NCBI GenBank assembly: GCA_913061245.1 | Contig: CAJXTO010000001.1 | Location: 1-35,045 of the forward strand | DNA: 35,045 nt | Source: an uncultured Oceanospirillales bacterium | GTDB taxonomy: Bacteria; Pseudomonadota; Gammaproteobacteria; Pseudomonadales; Litorivicinaceae | Direction of reading: 5' to 3' | Shown here: positions 21,136-30,568 of the stretch, one piece after another | Position numbering within the stretch: position 1 is the stretch's first letter | How the letters are laid out: every line of letters starts with the position of its first letter | Notes under the pieces: generated by a model | What the model was told of the DNA's origin: nothing | What the model saw: only the letters and a program-made list of their open reading frames with translations | Databases searched by the model: none | Made by a program: the position numbers and the translations under genes

Positions 21136-22530
21136 ATGAGTCAGGAAACGCCCAAAGCTTTATGGGGCGGCCGCTTTTCGGAATCGACCGATGCGTTCGT
21201 CCAAGCATTCACTGCATCCGTCGAATTCGACCAACGCATGGCACGCGAGGATATTCAAGGATCTATCGCGCACGCCACGATGCTTGCTGAACAGGGAATC
21301 CTAACTGACACCGAACGCAACTCGATCATCGAAGGCCTCCGTCAAATCGAAGCTGAAATTGAATCAGGCCAATTTGCCTGGTCAATTGCGCGTGAAGACG
21401 TGCATATGAATATCGAATCACGACTCATCGACTTAATCGGCGACACAGGAAAAAAACTCCATACTGGACGTTCTCGGAATGACCAAGTTGCCACCGACAT
21501 TCGACTTTGGCTACGAGGCACCATTGATCACGCGATATCCGAACTGTCTCGCCTGCAAACTGGTTTGATTACGTTAGCTGAGCGTGAATCAGACACTATC
21601 ATGCCCGGTTTCACGCATCTTCAAGCAGCACAACCCGTGACTTTTGGGCACCACATGCTCGCATGGAATGAAATGCTCGAGCGTGATGCAGGCCGCCTGA
21701 TTGATTGCAGACAGCGGATGAACCAATGCCCGCTCGGTGCAGCAGCTCTTGCCGGCACGAGCTACCCCATTAATCGAGAGCGCACGGCCGAGCTCCTTGG
21801 ATTCGATAAGCCAACAGAAAACAGTCTCGACTCTGTATCTGATCGGGATTTCGGTATCGAATTCCTAAGTGCCGCAAGCATCATCATGATGCACTTGTCA
21901 CGGTTCTCAGAAGAGTTGATCAACTGGAACTCCACCGCCTGGCAATTTGTCGACCTACCTGACAAGTTCTGTACTGGCAGTTCGATCATGCCGCAGAAAA
22001 AGAATCCCGACGTGCCTGAACTTGTCCGCGGTAAATCAGGCCGTATGTTCGGCCACCTGATGAGCTTGCTTACTTTGATGAAAGGGCAACCACTTGCCTA
22101 CAACAAAGACAATCAAGAAGACAAAGAGCCTCTCTATGATGCAGCCGATACACTCATTGGTTCTCTTCGCGCCTTCGCCGACATGATGCCATCATTATTG
22201 GTCAACAAAGACATCCTTAAAGACTCTGCAATCCGTGGGTTTTCGACAGCAACAGATCTGGCCGATTACCTGGTACGAAAAGGCTTACCTTTCCGAGATG
22301 CCCATGAAGTGGTTGGACAAGCCGTAGCACTTGGCGTCCAAACCAAGCGCGATCTTTCAGAAATGGATCTTGCGGAACTCCAAGCTTTCAGCGATCTGAT
22401 TCATGATGATGTGTTTGAAGTTCTGACAGTTGAAGGGTCAGTCAACGCACGCGATCACATTGGTGGAACAGCACCAAATCAGGTGAGGGCTGCGGCAGAT
22501 CGAGCAAAAGCGCGTTTAGCAGCTCGTTAG
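21136..22530 (+). CDS. argH: Argininosuccinate lyase
   Basis: [36 protein letters not shown]; ATG 21136 after AAGGAG. Confidence 0.98.
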   Translation: MSQETPKALWGGRFSESTDAFVQAFTASVEFDQRMAREDIQGSIAHATMLAEQGILTDTERNSIIEGLRQIEAEIESGQFAWSIAREDVHMNIESRLIDLIGDTGKKLHTGRSRNDQVATDIRLWLRGTIDHAISELSRLQTGLITLAERESDTIMPGFTHLQAAQPVTFGHHMLAWNEMLERDAGRLIDCRQRMNQCPLGAAALAGTSYPINRERTAELLGFDKPTENSLDSVSDRDFGIEFLSAASIIMMHLSRFSEELINWNSTAWQFVDLPDKFCTGSSIMPQKKNPDVPELVRGKSGRMFGHLMSLLTLMKGQPLAYNKDNQEDKEPLYDAADTLIGSLRAFADMMPSLLVNKDILKDSAIRGFSTATDLADYLVRKGLPFRDAHEVVGQAVALGVQTKRDLSEMDLAELQAFSDLIHDDVFEVLTVEGSVNARDHIGGTAPNQVRAAADRAKARLAAR

Positions 22531-23753
22531 CGGACAGCGATTACTGCCAAAATCGCTTGGACTTGGAGCTCAGTAGAGCCACGATTTGCTTCAACCCAAG
22601 CGTTTGCGGCCTGTCCCATCGCATCAGCTCTCGCAAGTACCTCATCAATAGCTTGAGAGAGATGTTCTGCATCGGTGCGAACAAGAGCACCCGCAGTTTC
22701 CAGGCCAACACTGATGGCCTGAAAGTTGTGCATAGATGGTCCTGCAATGAGCGGTTTACTCATCAGCGCTGGCTCAATCGGATTTTGGCCTCCCTTTCCG
22801 GAAAAACTTCCGCCAATCACAACCACATCAGATTGAGACAGGTACGCCCCCATATCTCCCAAGGTGTCACCTATCAAAATTTGAGCACCATCATGAATTC
22901 CCGTTGAGACTTGGCACGCTTCAATCGCATGTTCATCAGCCAAAACCTTAATTTCTGATCCGCGAATTGGGTGGCGAGGAACAATGAGTAGCCGTAACTC
23001 AGGATGTTGCTGCGCCCAAACCATGAAGAGCGCATCATCCTCGGCATGGCTACTCATCAGGCAAACTAAGACCTTGTCGTGTTTCCAATCACTAATCTGA
23101 TTGACTCGATCCTTAGAAATTTGAGGAGCAGATTGATCGAGCTTGATGGACCCAACTTCTGAAATCGCGTGAGCTGGCACCCCAAGGCTATGTGCATTAT
23201 GCGCATCACCATCAAATTGCATCAGAGCACGCGAAACCTTGGACCACATCGGTCGGGCTATCCAACCGAACCTTTCGTATCCTCGAACGGATTGCTCACT
23301 CAATCGCCCATTCGCGAGAATCACAGGGATAGAAGCCTTGTGGCATGCGTCAACTAAATTGGGCCAAAGCTCGGTCTCAATAACGATTAATGCTTTCGGG
23401 CGAAGTTTGGATAACCAGCGGGACCAAATCCACGAAAAGTCCCAAGGAAAGACATGACAGGTGAATTCACTCTTAGCCAAGACACCAAGTCCAGCTGGTG
23501 TGGTGGCTGTGATCAAAATGCGAAGCGATGCATCATGTTGAATGAGTGCTCGCGCAAGCTCTAAACCAACCTTAGCCTCACCAAGACTGCACGCATGAAT
23601 CCACACACAGCCGTCCATCTGATCAGGCACATGCAGGCCGAGCCGATGACTGACCATCGGGTCTTGATTTTCTCGGCGATACTTACGAACCACATGCGCA
23701 ATAAGAAGTGGTGTGCAAAGTAGCAAGAGCAGTGAATACAGATGTCGTCCCAT
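22527..23753 (-). CDS. waaA: 3-deoxy-D-manno-octulosonic acid (Kdo) transferase
   Basis: [40 protein letters not shown]; start ATG 23753 preferred (23771 alternative). Confidence 0.95.
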   Translation of the reverse strand: MGRHLYSLLLLLCTPLLIAHVVRKYRRENQDPMVSHRLGLHVPDQMDGCVWIHACSLGEAKVGLELARALIQHDASLRILITATTPAGLGVLAKSEFTCHVFPWDFSWIWSRWLSKLRPKALIVIETELWPNLVDACHKASIPVILANGRLSEQSVRGYERFGWIARPMWSKVSRALMQFDGDAHNAHSLGVPAHAISEVGSIKLDQSAPQISKDRVNQISDWKHDKVLVCLMSSHAEDDALFMVWAQQHPELRLLIVPRHPIRGSEIKVLADEHAIEACQVSTGIHDGAQILIGDTLGDMGAYLSQSDVVVIGGSFSGKGGQNPIEPALMSKPLIAGPSMHNFQAISVGLETAGALVRTDAEHLSQAIDEVLARADAMGQAANAWVEANRGSTELQVQAILAVIAVR

Positions 23754-23761
23754 AATTGAAG

Positions 23762-23771
23762 ATGCTAGCAT
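23762..23771. promoter_or_regulatory. Palindromic bidirectional extended -10 promoter (waaA / FAD oxidoreductase)
   Basis: Perfect palindrome ATGCTAGCAT gives TGcTAGCAT (TGnTAnnnT) on both strands, 6 nt from ATG 23778 and 8 nt from ATG 23753. Confidence 0.55.
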
Positions 23772-23777
23772 GCCTGC

Positions 23778-24899
23778 ATGAAAATCATCGTCGGTGGCGG
23801 TATTTCAGGTCTCTGGCTAGCAGCTGAACTGAAAGCGCGAAATATTCCATGCTGTGTTATCGAAAAAAGTGCACTTGGCCAAGGTCAAACCCTAGCAAGC
23901 CAAGGCATGATTCATGGTGGAACTAAGTATGCACTTGATGGACTATTAACCAAAGCAGCCAGTGAAATTGGTGCAATGCCTGCACGCTGGAAACACGCTT
24001 TAAAAGGCGAGGGAACAGTTGACCTCAGCCGTGTTCAACTCGAACGAGAAGATCAGCTGTTATGGTCTGTCGAATCAATTGCAGCGAATCTTTTGGGGTT
24101 CTTCGCAAGCAAAGCCATGCGATCGCGTATGGAGCGCATCGATCCGGAATCTGAAGCCGCTTTTGATCATCCCAATTTCAACGGTCATCTCTATCGATTG
24201 TCAGAACCTGTATTGAAACTCGATACCTTGGTGCATGCATTTGCAGAAATCTTGGATGGACAGGTCTTCCAAGCTGAGGTTACCCAACTTCTAACGCAAG
24301 ACGATAGAGTAGTCGGGGTCGAAACGAGTGCAGGCCAATTCCATGGGGACGTTATTTTAACTGCTGGTGAAGGTATAGAGATGCTGTTATCTGGGCTTGC
24401 TGGCAGCTATCCGGTCATGCAGCGACGTCCTCTAGCAATGGCGGTCTGCAAACTTACGCAACCCATTCCAAAAGTATTTGGTCACCAACTCGGAAGTGGC
24501 AGTAAGCCGAAACTAACCGTCTCAACCCATGAATTTGATGGGGCGCAATATCTGTATTTAGGCGGACAGCTTGCCGAAGACGGAGTCACACAAGATGACG
24601 ACACCGTGTGCGCAAATGCAAAACGCGCGCTATCGGAAGCACTCTCCTGGCTCGAACCGAAGGTGGAATCAATACACATATTTCGGATCAATCGAGCTGA
24701 ACCAAGTACGCGTGAAGGAAATCGACCTGACACCGCATTCGTCTCTAAATTAAACAACCTAATTGTGGCGTGGCCTACCAAGCTCGCACTTGCACCTGCA
24801 CTTGCCGATCAAGTACTACAACTTCTCGATGAAGAATCGAAATCTGCAACACTACCGCAGTGGCCAAAAGCACCAGAGGGGCACTACCCATGGGTATGA
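23778..24899 (+). CDS. FAD-dependent oxidoreductase (DAO/GlpD-like fold), function unknown
   Basis: N-terminal IIVGGGISG...IEK Rossmann motif; GQTLASQGMIHGGTKY resembles the GlpD IHGG(L)RY loop; WPTKL near C-terminus. Confidence 0.85.
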   Translation: MKIIVGGGISGLWLAAELKARNIPCCVIEKSALGQGQTLASQGMIHGGTKYALDGLLTKAASEIGAMPARWKHALKGEGTVDLSRVQLEREDQLLWSVESIAANLLGFFASKAMRSRMERIDPESEAAFDHPNFNGHLYRLSEPVLKLDTLVHAFAEILDGQVFQAEVTQLLTQDDRVVGVETSAGQFHGDVILTAGEGIEMLLSGLAGSYPVMQRRPLAMAVCKLTQPIPKVFGHQLGSGSKPKLTVSTHEFDGAQYLYLGGQLAEDGVTQDDDTVCANAKRALSEALSWLEPKVESIHIFRINRAEPSTREGNRPDTAFVSKLNNLIVAWPTKLALAPALADQVLQLLDEESKSATLPQWPKAPEGHYPWV

Positions 24900-25672
24900 T
24901 CCATCGACCACTCGGACAAACGGGACTCGAGCTCAGTCCAATTGGCCTAGGTACCGTCAAAATTGGACGGAACACAGATGTGAAATATCCCACCGATTTT
25001 CAGTTACCAAACGACCAAGAAGTTATTCAGCTCCTAACACTAGCTTCAGAATTGGGCATCAATTGTCTTGATACAGCGCCTGCCTATGGCACCTCTGAAG
25101 CACGGCTCGGTGAGTTACTACCAGAGATCGCTGGCGATTTTCATATCATCACCAAAGTCGGCGAAACCTATGATCCTGACACGGGAAGTCATTACGACTT
25201 CTCAGAAATCGCCATCCTTAAGAGTTTAGAACAGAGTCTTCAACGCTTAAATCGCGATCATTTAGACGTGGTTTTACTGCATTCTGATGGAAAAGATATC
25301 GAACACCTGAATCAAGGTGCTCTTCAAACCCTGATCAAAGCGCGAGACCAGGGACTGATTCGTGCAGTCGGATTATCAGGTAAAACAGTCGATGGTGGGC
25401 GCCAAGCTCTGGATCAAGGAGCGGATTGCTTGATGATTACACTGAACCCTGAGACTCAAGATGAAAAACCCCTGATCAATGAAGCAAAACGATTTGGTGC
25501 CGGGTTATTGGTGAAAAAAGCCTTCGGAAGTGGCCATCTAACAACATCAATCCCTGAAATTTTTAAAGACTTGTTCGCCCACCCAAACATCACTTCAGCT
25601 ATCATTGGCACCATTAATCCTGTGCATTTGCGTAATAACTGTCTTGCACTCCCAACTGAGATCCAACTATGA
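24890..25672 (+). CDS. Aldo/keto reductase, function unknown
   Basis: RPLGQTGLELSPIGLGT, DTAPAYG (Asp, Tyr), TKVG (Lys), SLQRLNRDHLDVVLLH (His); start 24890 or 24896 (ATGA coupling). Confidence 0.9.
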   Translation: MGMIHRPLGQTGLELSPIGLGTVKIGRNTDVKYPTDFQLPNDQEVIQLLTLASELGINCLDTAPAYGTSEARLGELLPEIAGDFHIITKVGETYDPDTGSHYDFSEIAILKSLEQSLQRLNRDHLDVVLLHSDGKDIEHLNQGALQTLIKARDQGLIRAVGLSGKTVDGGRQALDQGADCLMITLNPETQDEKPLINEAKRFGAGLLVKKAFGSGHLTTSIPEIFKDLFAHPNITSAIIGTINPVHLRNNCLALPTEIQL

Positions 25673-26247
25673 GCCTAGACGCAATTAAAGCCACTTTTCA
25701 GGCGAGCATTGATACCAAAAAAGCCCTCATCAATGACACCAAACGCCTGGAAGAACTTCTTGAAGTCGCTGGAGTCGCGTCATCAACCATTAAAGCAGGC
25801 CATAAAATCATGCTCTGCGGTAATGGGGGATCAGCTGCAGATAGCCAACACATTGCAGCAGAACTTATTGGCCGGTTTGAGAAAGAACGTCACTCAATGG
25901 CTGCGATCGCGCTTACGACGGACACATCTGCACTCACAGCGATTGGTAATGATTATGGCTATGACCAAGTCTTCTCGCGACAAGTCGAAGGTCTGGGGCA
26001 ATCCGGTGATTTACTCATTGGTATCTCAACCAGCGGTAATTCAAAAAATGTCGTGAAAGCCATGGAAGTTGCCCAGAGCAAGGGTATTCGAACAGTCGCA
26101 CTGGTCGGCGATAAACCTGACGGCGCGATGCAGGCGATCGCTGATTACGTGTTAGCCGCGCCGTCGACGAATACGGCGCGTATTCAGGAGTGTCACATCT
26201 TGATGATGCACACACTCTGTCAATTAGTTGAATCGGAATCCGTCTGA
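25669..26247 (+). CDS. gmhA: Phosphoheptose isomerase (SIS domain)
   Basis: CGNGGSAADSQH, TAIGNDY, STSGNS, RIQECH; adjacent to hldE. Confidence 0.9.
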   Translation: MSLDAIKATFQASIDTKKALINDTKRLEELLEVAGVASSTIKAGHKIMLCGNGGSAADSQHIAAELIGRFEKERHSMAAIALTTDTSALTAIGNDYGYDQVFSRQVEGLGQSGDLLIGISTSGNSKNVVKAMEVAQSKGIRTVALVGDKPDGAMQAIADYVLAAPSTNTARIQECHILMMHTLCQLVESESV

Positions 26248-27635
26248 CGAATCTTTGCAATCAAGTGGCTAGTCGATAGGTTAGCCACTTCGCCAAGTAC
26301 TTTGACTTCTCCGCCATAGTCCAACACGTGTTTGTAGCCGACCACTTCCTCGATCGATTTGTAATCACCACCCTTCACAAGAACATCAGGTCGAACCACA
26401 TCAATTAATGGAATCGGCGTGTCATCCTCAAATGCGATAACGGCATCCACAGCACCGAGGCCTGCAAGCACCTGCAGGCGTCTTTCGATGGTATTCACAG
26501 GACGTTCTGGCCCCTTCAAACGAGCGACTGATGCGTCTGAATTAACAGCAACAATCAAACGATCACCAAGAGAAGCAGCTTCTTTCAGATAGGCGACATG
26601 ACCTGCATGCAAGATATCAAAGCAACCATTCGTCATGACGACTTTCTCACCCTGGGCACGGCATTGTTCAGCCCAAGCGGCTGCATCTTCTGCACGATCG
26701 AAAATGCCGTGATCAACAGCCAGAGCCCTTTCGAGTTCACGACCACTGACGGTTGCAGTACCCAATTTCGATACAACGATTCCCGCCGCCCGGTTTGCTA
26801 ATTCAGCAGATTCAGCCATGCTCATACCCGAACCGAGGCCCGCCGCCACAGTCGCGATCACCGTATCGCCCGCACCCGTGACATCAGCTACTTCTCGCGC
26901 AGTCGCAGCAAATTGATGCACAGAGCCATCGCGCATAATCAACGTCATTCCTTGCTCAGAACGCGTGACTAAGATTGTCTCGATATCAAGTTCATTAATC
27001 AGCTTCTGACCCTTTTCAATCAGCTCCTGATCGTTAGCCCATGTGCCACAAACTGCCTCGAATTCAGCACGATTGGGGGTCAATAAAGTAGCCCCCCGGT
27101 ATCTTTCAAAGTGTGTACCCTTCGGATCAACAACAACCGGAATCTTGGCTTCACGTGCTTTTTGAATGAGTAAACGAGGCTCTAAGCTTCCTTTTGCATA
27201 GTCACTTAAAACCACTGCTGTCATTCCATCAAGGGACACTGACTGAGCTAGCGATTCCGCATTTGACACATCAAATGGTGTCTCAAAATCCAGACGAATC
27301 ATTTGATGCGCCTGACTTAATACCCTTAATTTGGTAATTGTTCTGTGGTCGACACGCGTGAAAAGTGGATTCACATTGTGATTTATCAGGGTCTGTTCCA
27401 GTAAATCCGCATCAGAGTCATGGCCTACAAGGCCGGCACACGTTACCGCCGCACCGAGCGATGACAGATTTAAAGCAACGTTTGCCGCTCCGCCAGGACG
27501 CGCTTCATCATGGGTGACTCGAACAACAGGGACGGGGGCCTCAGGAGAGATCCGGCCCGCATCGCCATGCCAGTACCGGTCCAACATGACATCGCCAACC
27601 ACCAAAACCCGCGATGCGGAAAAGATATGTGACAC
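26220..27635 (-). CDS. hldE: Bifunctional heptose-7-phosphate kinase / heptose-1-phosphate adenylyltransferase
   Basis: VGDVMLDRYW, RISPEAPVPV, DVTGAGD (PfkB), TNGCFDILHAGH (HxGH), LVKGGDY; start uncertain (GTG 27635 chosen). Confidence 0.96.
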   Translation of the reverse strand: MSHIFSASRVLVVGDVMLDRYWHGDAGRISPEAPVPVVRVTHDEARPGGAANVALNLSSLGAAVTCAGLVGHDSDADLLEQTLINHNVNPLFTRVDHRTITKLRVLSQAHQMIRLDFETPFDVSNAESLAQSVSLDGMTAVVLSDYAKGSLEPRLLIQKAREAKIPVVVDPKGTHFERYRGATLLTPNRAEFEAVCGTWANDQELIEKGQKLINELDIETILVTRSEQGMTLIMRDGSVHQFAATAREVADVTGAGDTVIATVAAGLGSGMSMAESAELANRAAGIVVSKLGTATVSGRELERALAVDHGIFDRAEDAAAWAEQCRAQGEKVVMTNGCFDILHAGHVAYLKEAASLGDRLIVAVNSDASVARLKGPERPVNTIERRLQVLAGLGAVDAVIAFEDDTPIPLIDVVRPDVLVKGGDYKSIEEVVGYKHVLDYGGEVKVLGEVANLSTSHLIAKIRQTDSDSTN

Positions 27636-27662
27636 AGAAGATCTCTCTAATGATTCGAAGCT

Positions 27663-27672
27663 TGTTATAGTA
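27663..27672. promoter_or_regulatory. Overlapping bidirectional -10 elements (hldE / lpxL)
   Basis: TGtTATAGT on + (27663-27671) and TACTAT on - (27672-27667), flanked by GAAGCT...AGCTTC inverted repeat. Confidence 0.5.
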
Positions 27673-27685
27673 CCGAGCTTCATCA

Positions 27686-28594
27686 ATGAACCCAACCGGA
27701 TTACACATGGGCTTTTCTTTCGTTCCGCTGGGACTTGGCTTCATTAGACTATTAGCCGCGCTGCCACCAAGGCTCGGAATGGCTATTGGCCGCCTGATTG
27801 GTACTTTATTGTTCTACACAGCGAAGAACCGTCGACTGGTCTGTGAACGAAATATTTCTGTCTGCTTCCCAGAATTAAGCCCGATCGAACAACACAATCT
27901 TGTCAAAGCCTGCTTTGAACAAAACGGAATCGGTTTAACCGAAACAGCATGGTCGTGGCACCGGCCAATCGACTTCGTTAGTGACAAAATCCACGTGTCC
28001 GGACAGGAGCTGCTCGAACACGCCAACCATGAAGGTCGCGGAGTTTTATTGCTTTGCCCTCACTACAGCATGTTGGACTTGGTTGCCCCGCTCATACATG
28101 CCGTCGCCGGTCGATTTGTAGTGAGTTATCGTCCAAATGACAATCCAATCTTTGACCAAGCTGTGTGTCGTGGACGCGCACGATACGCTGAACTGGTCGA
28201 TGTCCGTGCATTGCGCGATATCGCTAAACACTTGAAACAAGGTGACATGGTTTGGTTCGGGCCAGATCAAGATATGGGCCCAAAAGGTTCTGTATTTGCT
28301 CCGTTTTTCGGGCGACTCGCATGCACAGTAACAACACCAGCTCGCCTCGCTCGAATGTCTAACGCAGTCAGCGTGTTCCTTGATCTACACCGTGACGACA
28401 ATGGCACCTATCACGTCTCATTTGTCCCGATGCCTAATGATTATCCATTTGAAGATGAATTAGAGAATGCGCGCGCGCTGAATCAGCGCATTGAAGACGC
28501 ACTGAAAAATCATCCGTCACAGTACATGTGGATGCATAAACGATTTAAGACAAATCCAGACCTTACGCGGCAGACACTGTATCAGTCTGACTAA
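27686..28594 (+). CDS. lpxL: Lipid A secondary acyltransferase (LpxL/HtrB family)
   Basis: RNISVCFPE, HYSMLD (HxxxxD), PDQD, APFFG, QYMWMHKRFK; start may be ATG 27707. Confidence 0.9.
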   Translation: MNPTGLHMGFSFVPLGLGFIRLLAALPPRLGMAIGRLIGTLLFYTAKNRRLVCERNISVCFPELSPIEQHNLVKACFEQNGIGLTETAWSWHRPIDFVSDKIHVSGQELLEHANHEGRGVLLLCPHYSMLDLVAPLIHAVAGRFVVSYRPNDNPIFDQAVCRGRARYAELVDVRALRDIAKHLKQGDMVWFGPDQDMGPKGSVFAPFFGRLACTVTTPARLARMSNAVSVFLDLHRDDNGTYHVSFVPMPNDYPFEDELENARALNQRIEDALKNHPSQYMWMHKRFKTNPDLTRQTLYQSD

Positions 28595-29525
28595 CCCATT
28601 CCATCACGTCAGATGCACTGATATCAGACATTTTTCCTGTTCGACTTTTTAGAATTTGCGATGTTTCAGCAACAGGCCCCACAAGACCAGGCTTAGTCGG
28701 CCCATACAATGCAAGCAGTGGTATACCCAATGCATCAGCGATATGCGCAAGCCCAGTATCGACAGAAACCACTGCACGCGCATTTGAGATCTCAAATGCA
28801 ACATCATTTAACGAGGCTTGATTCAATATTCTTACTGGCAAGCCTTCAGTCATTACTGAAACCGCTTCGAATTCAGCATCACTTCCGACGGGCAGTACGA
28901 TGTCAGAAAATTGTGGAAGCGCATCTTCAATCACCGCTTTCCATCCATCACTGATCCAACACTTCGGCAGCCGACTCGTCTGAGTAACAAGTACTAGGCG
29001 ATCCGCGAGCTCTTGTGGTCGCCCTAAATCAATCGATGCATGAGGATCCGTTTCTGGAAGCGCATACCCAAGCGACTTTGCAAATAATTCACGGGTTCTC
29101 GATATGGCATGTCTCGAGCGGTCGACGCGATGAGTCACGTCATAAACGCTCGATGCCAAACTCTCTTTTGCCGAACGGCGATCAAACCCATGTTTTGGTC
29201 CATCGGTAAAACGCGTGATTAAAAATGCGCTTTTAAGTAGTCCTTGAGCATCAATAACAGCATCGTATCGTTCTGCACCAAGGACTTGTTTGTACGCTGC
29301 AAGATCGTTCGAAAACAATAAACGATGTAGCTTGCCTTTCCAGCGTCGTAAAGGAATCGCAAGCACATCGCCAACAGAAGGATGCCAATGTGGGATTTCG
29401 GCAAAGGCAGGCTCGCACACCCAATCAAACCGGATATCCCCGATCGCCTCGGTTGCATCAGTCAATGCTGGCAATGTGTGTACTAGATCCCCCATTGAGG
29501 ATGTTTTCACCACCAAAACACGCAT
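28563..29525 (-). CDS. waaC: LPS heptosyltransferase I
   Basis: MRVLVVKTSSMGDLVHTLPALTDA, IDAQGLLKSA, VDTGLAH, LYGPT; follows waaF. Confidence 0.95.
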   Translation of the reverse strand: MRVLVVKTSSMGDLVHTLPALTDATEAIGDIRFDWVCEPAFAEIPHWHPSVGDVLAIPLRRWKGKLHRLLFSNDLAAYKQVLGAERYDAVIDAQGLLKSAFLITRFTDGPKHGFDRRSAKESLASSVYDVTHRVDRSRHAISRTRELFAKSLGYALPETDPHASIDLGRPQELADRLVLVTQTSRLPKCWISDGWKAVIEDALPQFSDIVLPVGSDAEFEAVSVMTEGLPVRILNQASLNDVAFEISNARAVVSVDTGLAHIADALGIPLLALYGPTKPGLVGPVAETSQILKSRTGKMSDISASDVMEWVSQTDTVSAA

Positions 29526-30565
29526 TAGGCGATCCGCTGAATTTGTTGTAACAACGCGTCGAATACCTCATCAACTGAGAGCTCAGACAAACATGCCTGG
29601 TGCTTTAATGGGCATTCTTTTTCGAAACATGGGTGGCAAGGCACTGGATGCGTCAAAGTCACCGCTGTATCACTCAGTGGCGGGGTATGCGCCGGTGATG
29701 ACGGTCCAAACAGAGCCACAAGTGGTCGGCCTGTCGCAGCAGCCACATGCATTAATCCAGAATCATGTGTCACGACCGCTTTTGACAAACCAATTAAATC
29801 GACCGCTTCTGGAATCGACGTCAAACCTGTGAGATTCACGAGATCCTTACGCTTTACCTTAGCAATCTGATTGATCAATAGCTCAACATCATCGGCATCA
29901 TTGGGCGAGCCGAGCAATATGACTTGATGTCCCGTATCAATTAACCGCGTTGCTAGGTCTGCAAAACGATCCAATGGCCACTGTTTTGCAGGTCCAAATT
30001 CGGCACCCGGGCACAGAGCAACCAACCGAGAGGGGTCGAGCCCATGCGTGGAAACCAAATGTGCTTGTGACGCTTCATTCATCATTAAACGGGGAAGCGG
30101 GGGAGCTTCGGGTAACTGATTCGCCGACAGAGCAAGGTTTGCTGGAAACCCAAGCGCCATATACCGGTCGATCATCCGCGGGAATCGAGCCTCATGCAGG
30201 ATTCGCAGATCCGTGAGTAATTTATACCGGTATTCTCCTCGCCAGCCGATACGGCGAGGGATTCCCGCCATAGCGGGAATCAACGCAGATTTCAAAGAGT
30301 TGGGAAGAATAAATGCACGGTGATAGCGCGAAAACCGAAGCTTACGAGCAAATGCCCAACGTTCTTTCAGCTTCAGCTGACCATGATCAAAAGGGAGCTC
30401 GATGACTTGATCAACCTCTGGCATACGCCGGGCAACCTCAAGACTCCAGCTCGGTGCAAGCATATGAATGGGGTCGTCTGGGCGCTTTGATTTCAGAAAC
30501 GAAATCAAGCCATGCGCCATGATCATGTCACCGACCCAGTTCGGGCCAACCACTAAGGTTGGCAT
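29525..30565 (-). CDS. waaF: LPS heptosyltransferase II
   Basis: GPNWVGDMIM, LPNSLKSA, CPGAEFGPAKQWP, DSGLMHVAAA, C-terminal CxPC..CP...C. Confidence 0.95.
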   Translation of the reverse strand: MPTLVVGPNWVGDMIMAHGLISFLKSKRPDDPIHMLAPSWSLEVARRMPEVDQVIELPFDHGQLKLKERWAFARKLRFSRYHRAFILPNSLKSALIPAMAGIPRRIGWRGEYRYKLLTDLRILHEARFPRMIDRYMALGFPANLALSANQLPEAPPLPRLMMNEASQAHLVSTHGLDPSRLVALCPGAEFGPAKQWPLDRFADLATRLIDTGHQVILLGSPNDADDVELLINQIAKVKRKDLVNLTGLTSIPEAVDLIGLSKAVVTHDSGLMHVAAATGRPLVALFGPSSPAHTPPLSDTAVTLTHPVPCHPCFEKECPLKHQACLSELSVDEVFDALLQQIQRIA

Positions 30566-30568
30566 GAA

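Noticed and set aside
25669-26247. DiaA (DnaA initiator-associating protein) as an alternative call
   Set aside because: The heptose-pathway context and intact SQH/QECH motifs favour GmhA
29290-29832. 180-aa + strand ORF
   Set aside because: Antisense to waaC/waaF, no recognisable motif or RBS; shadow ORF
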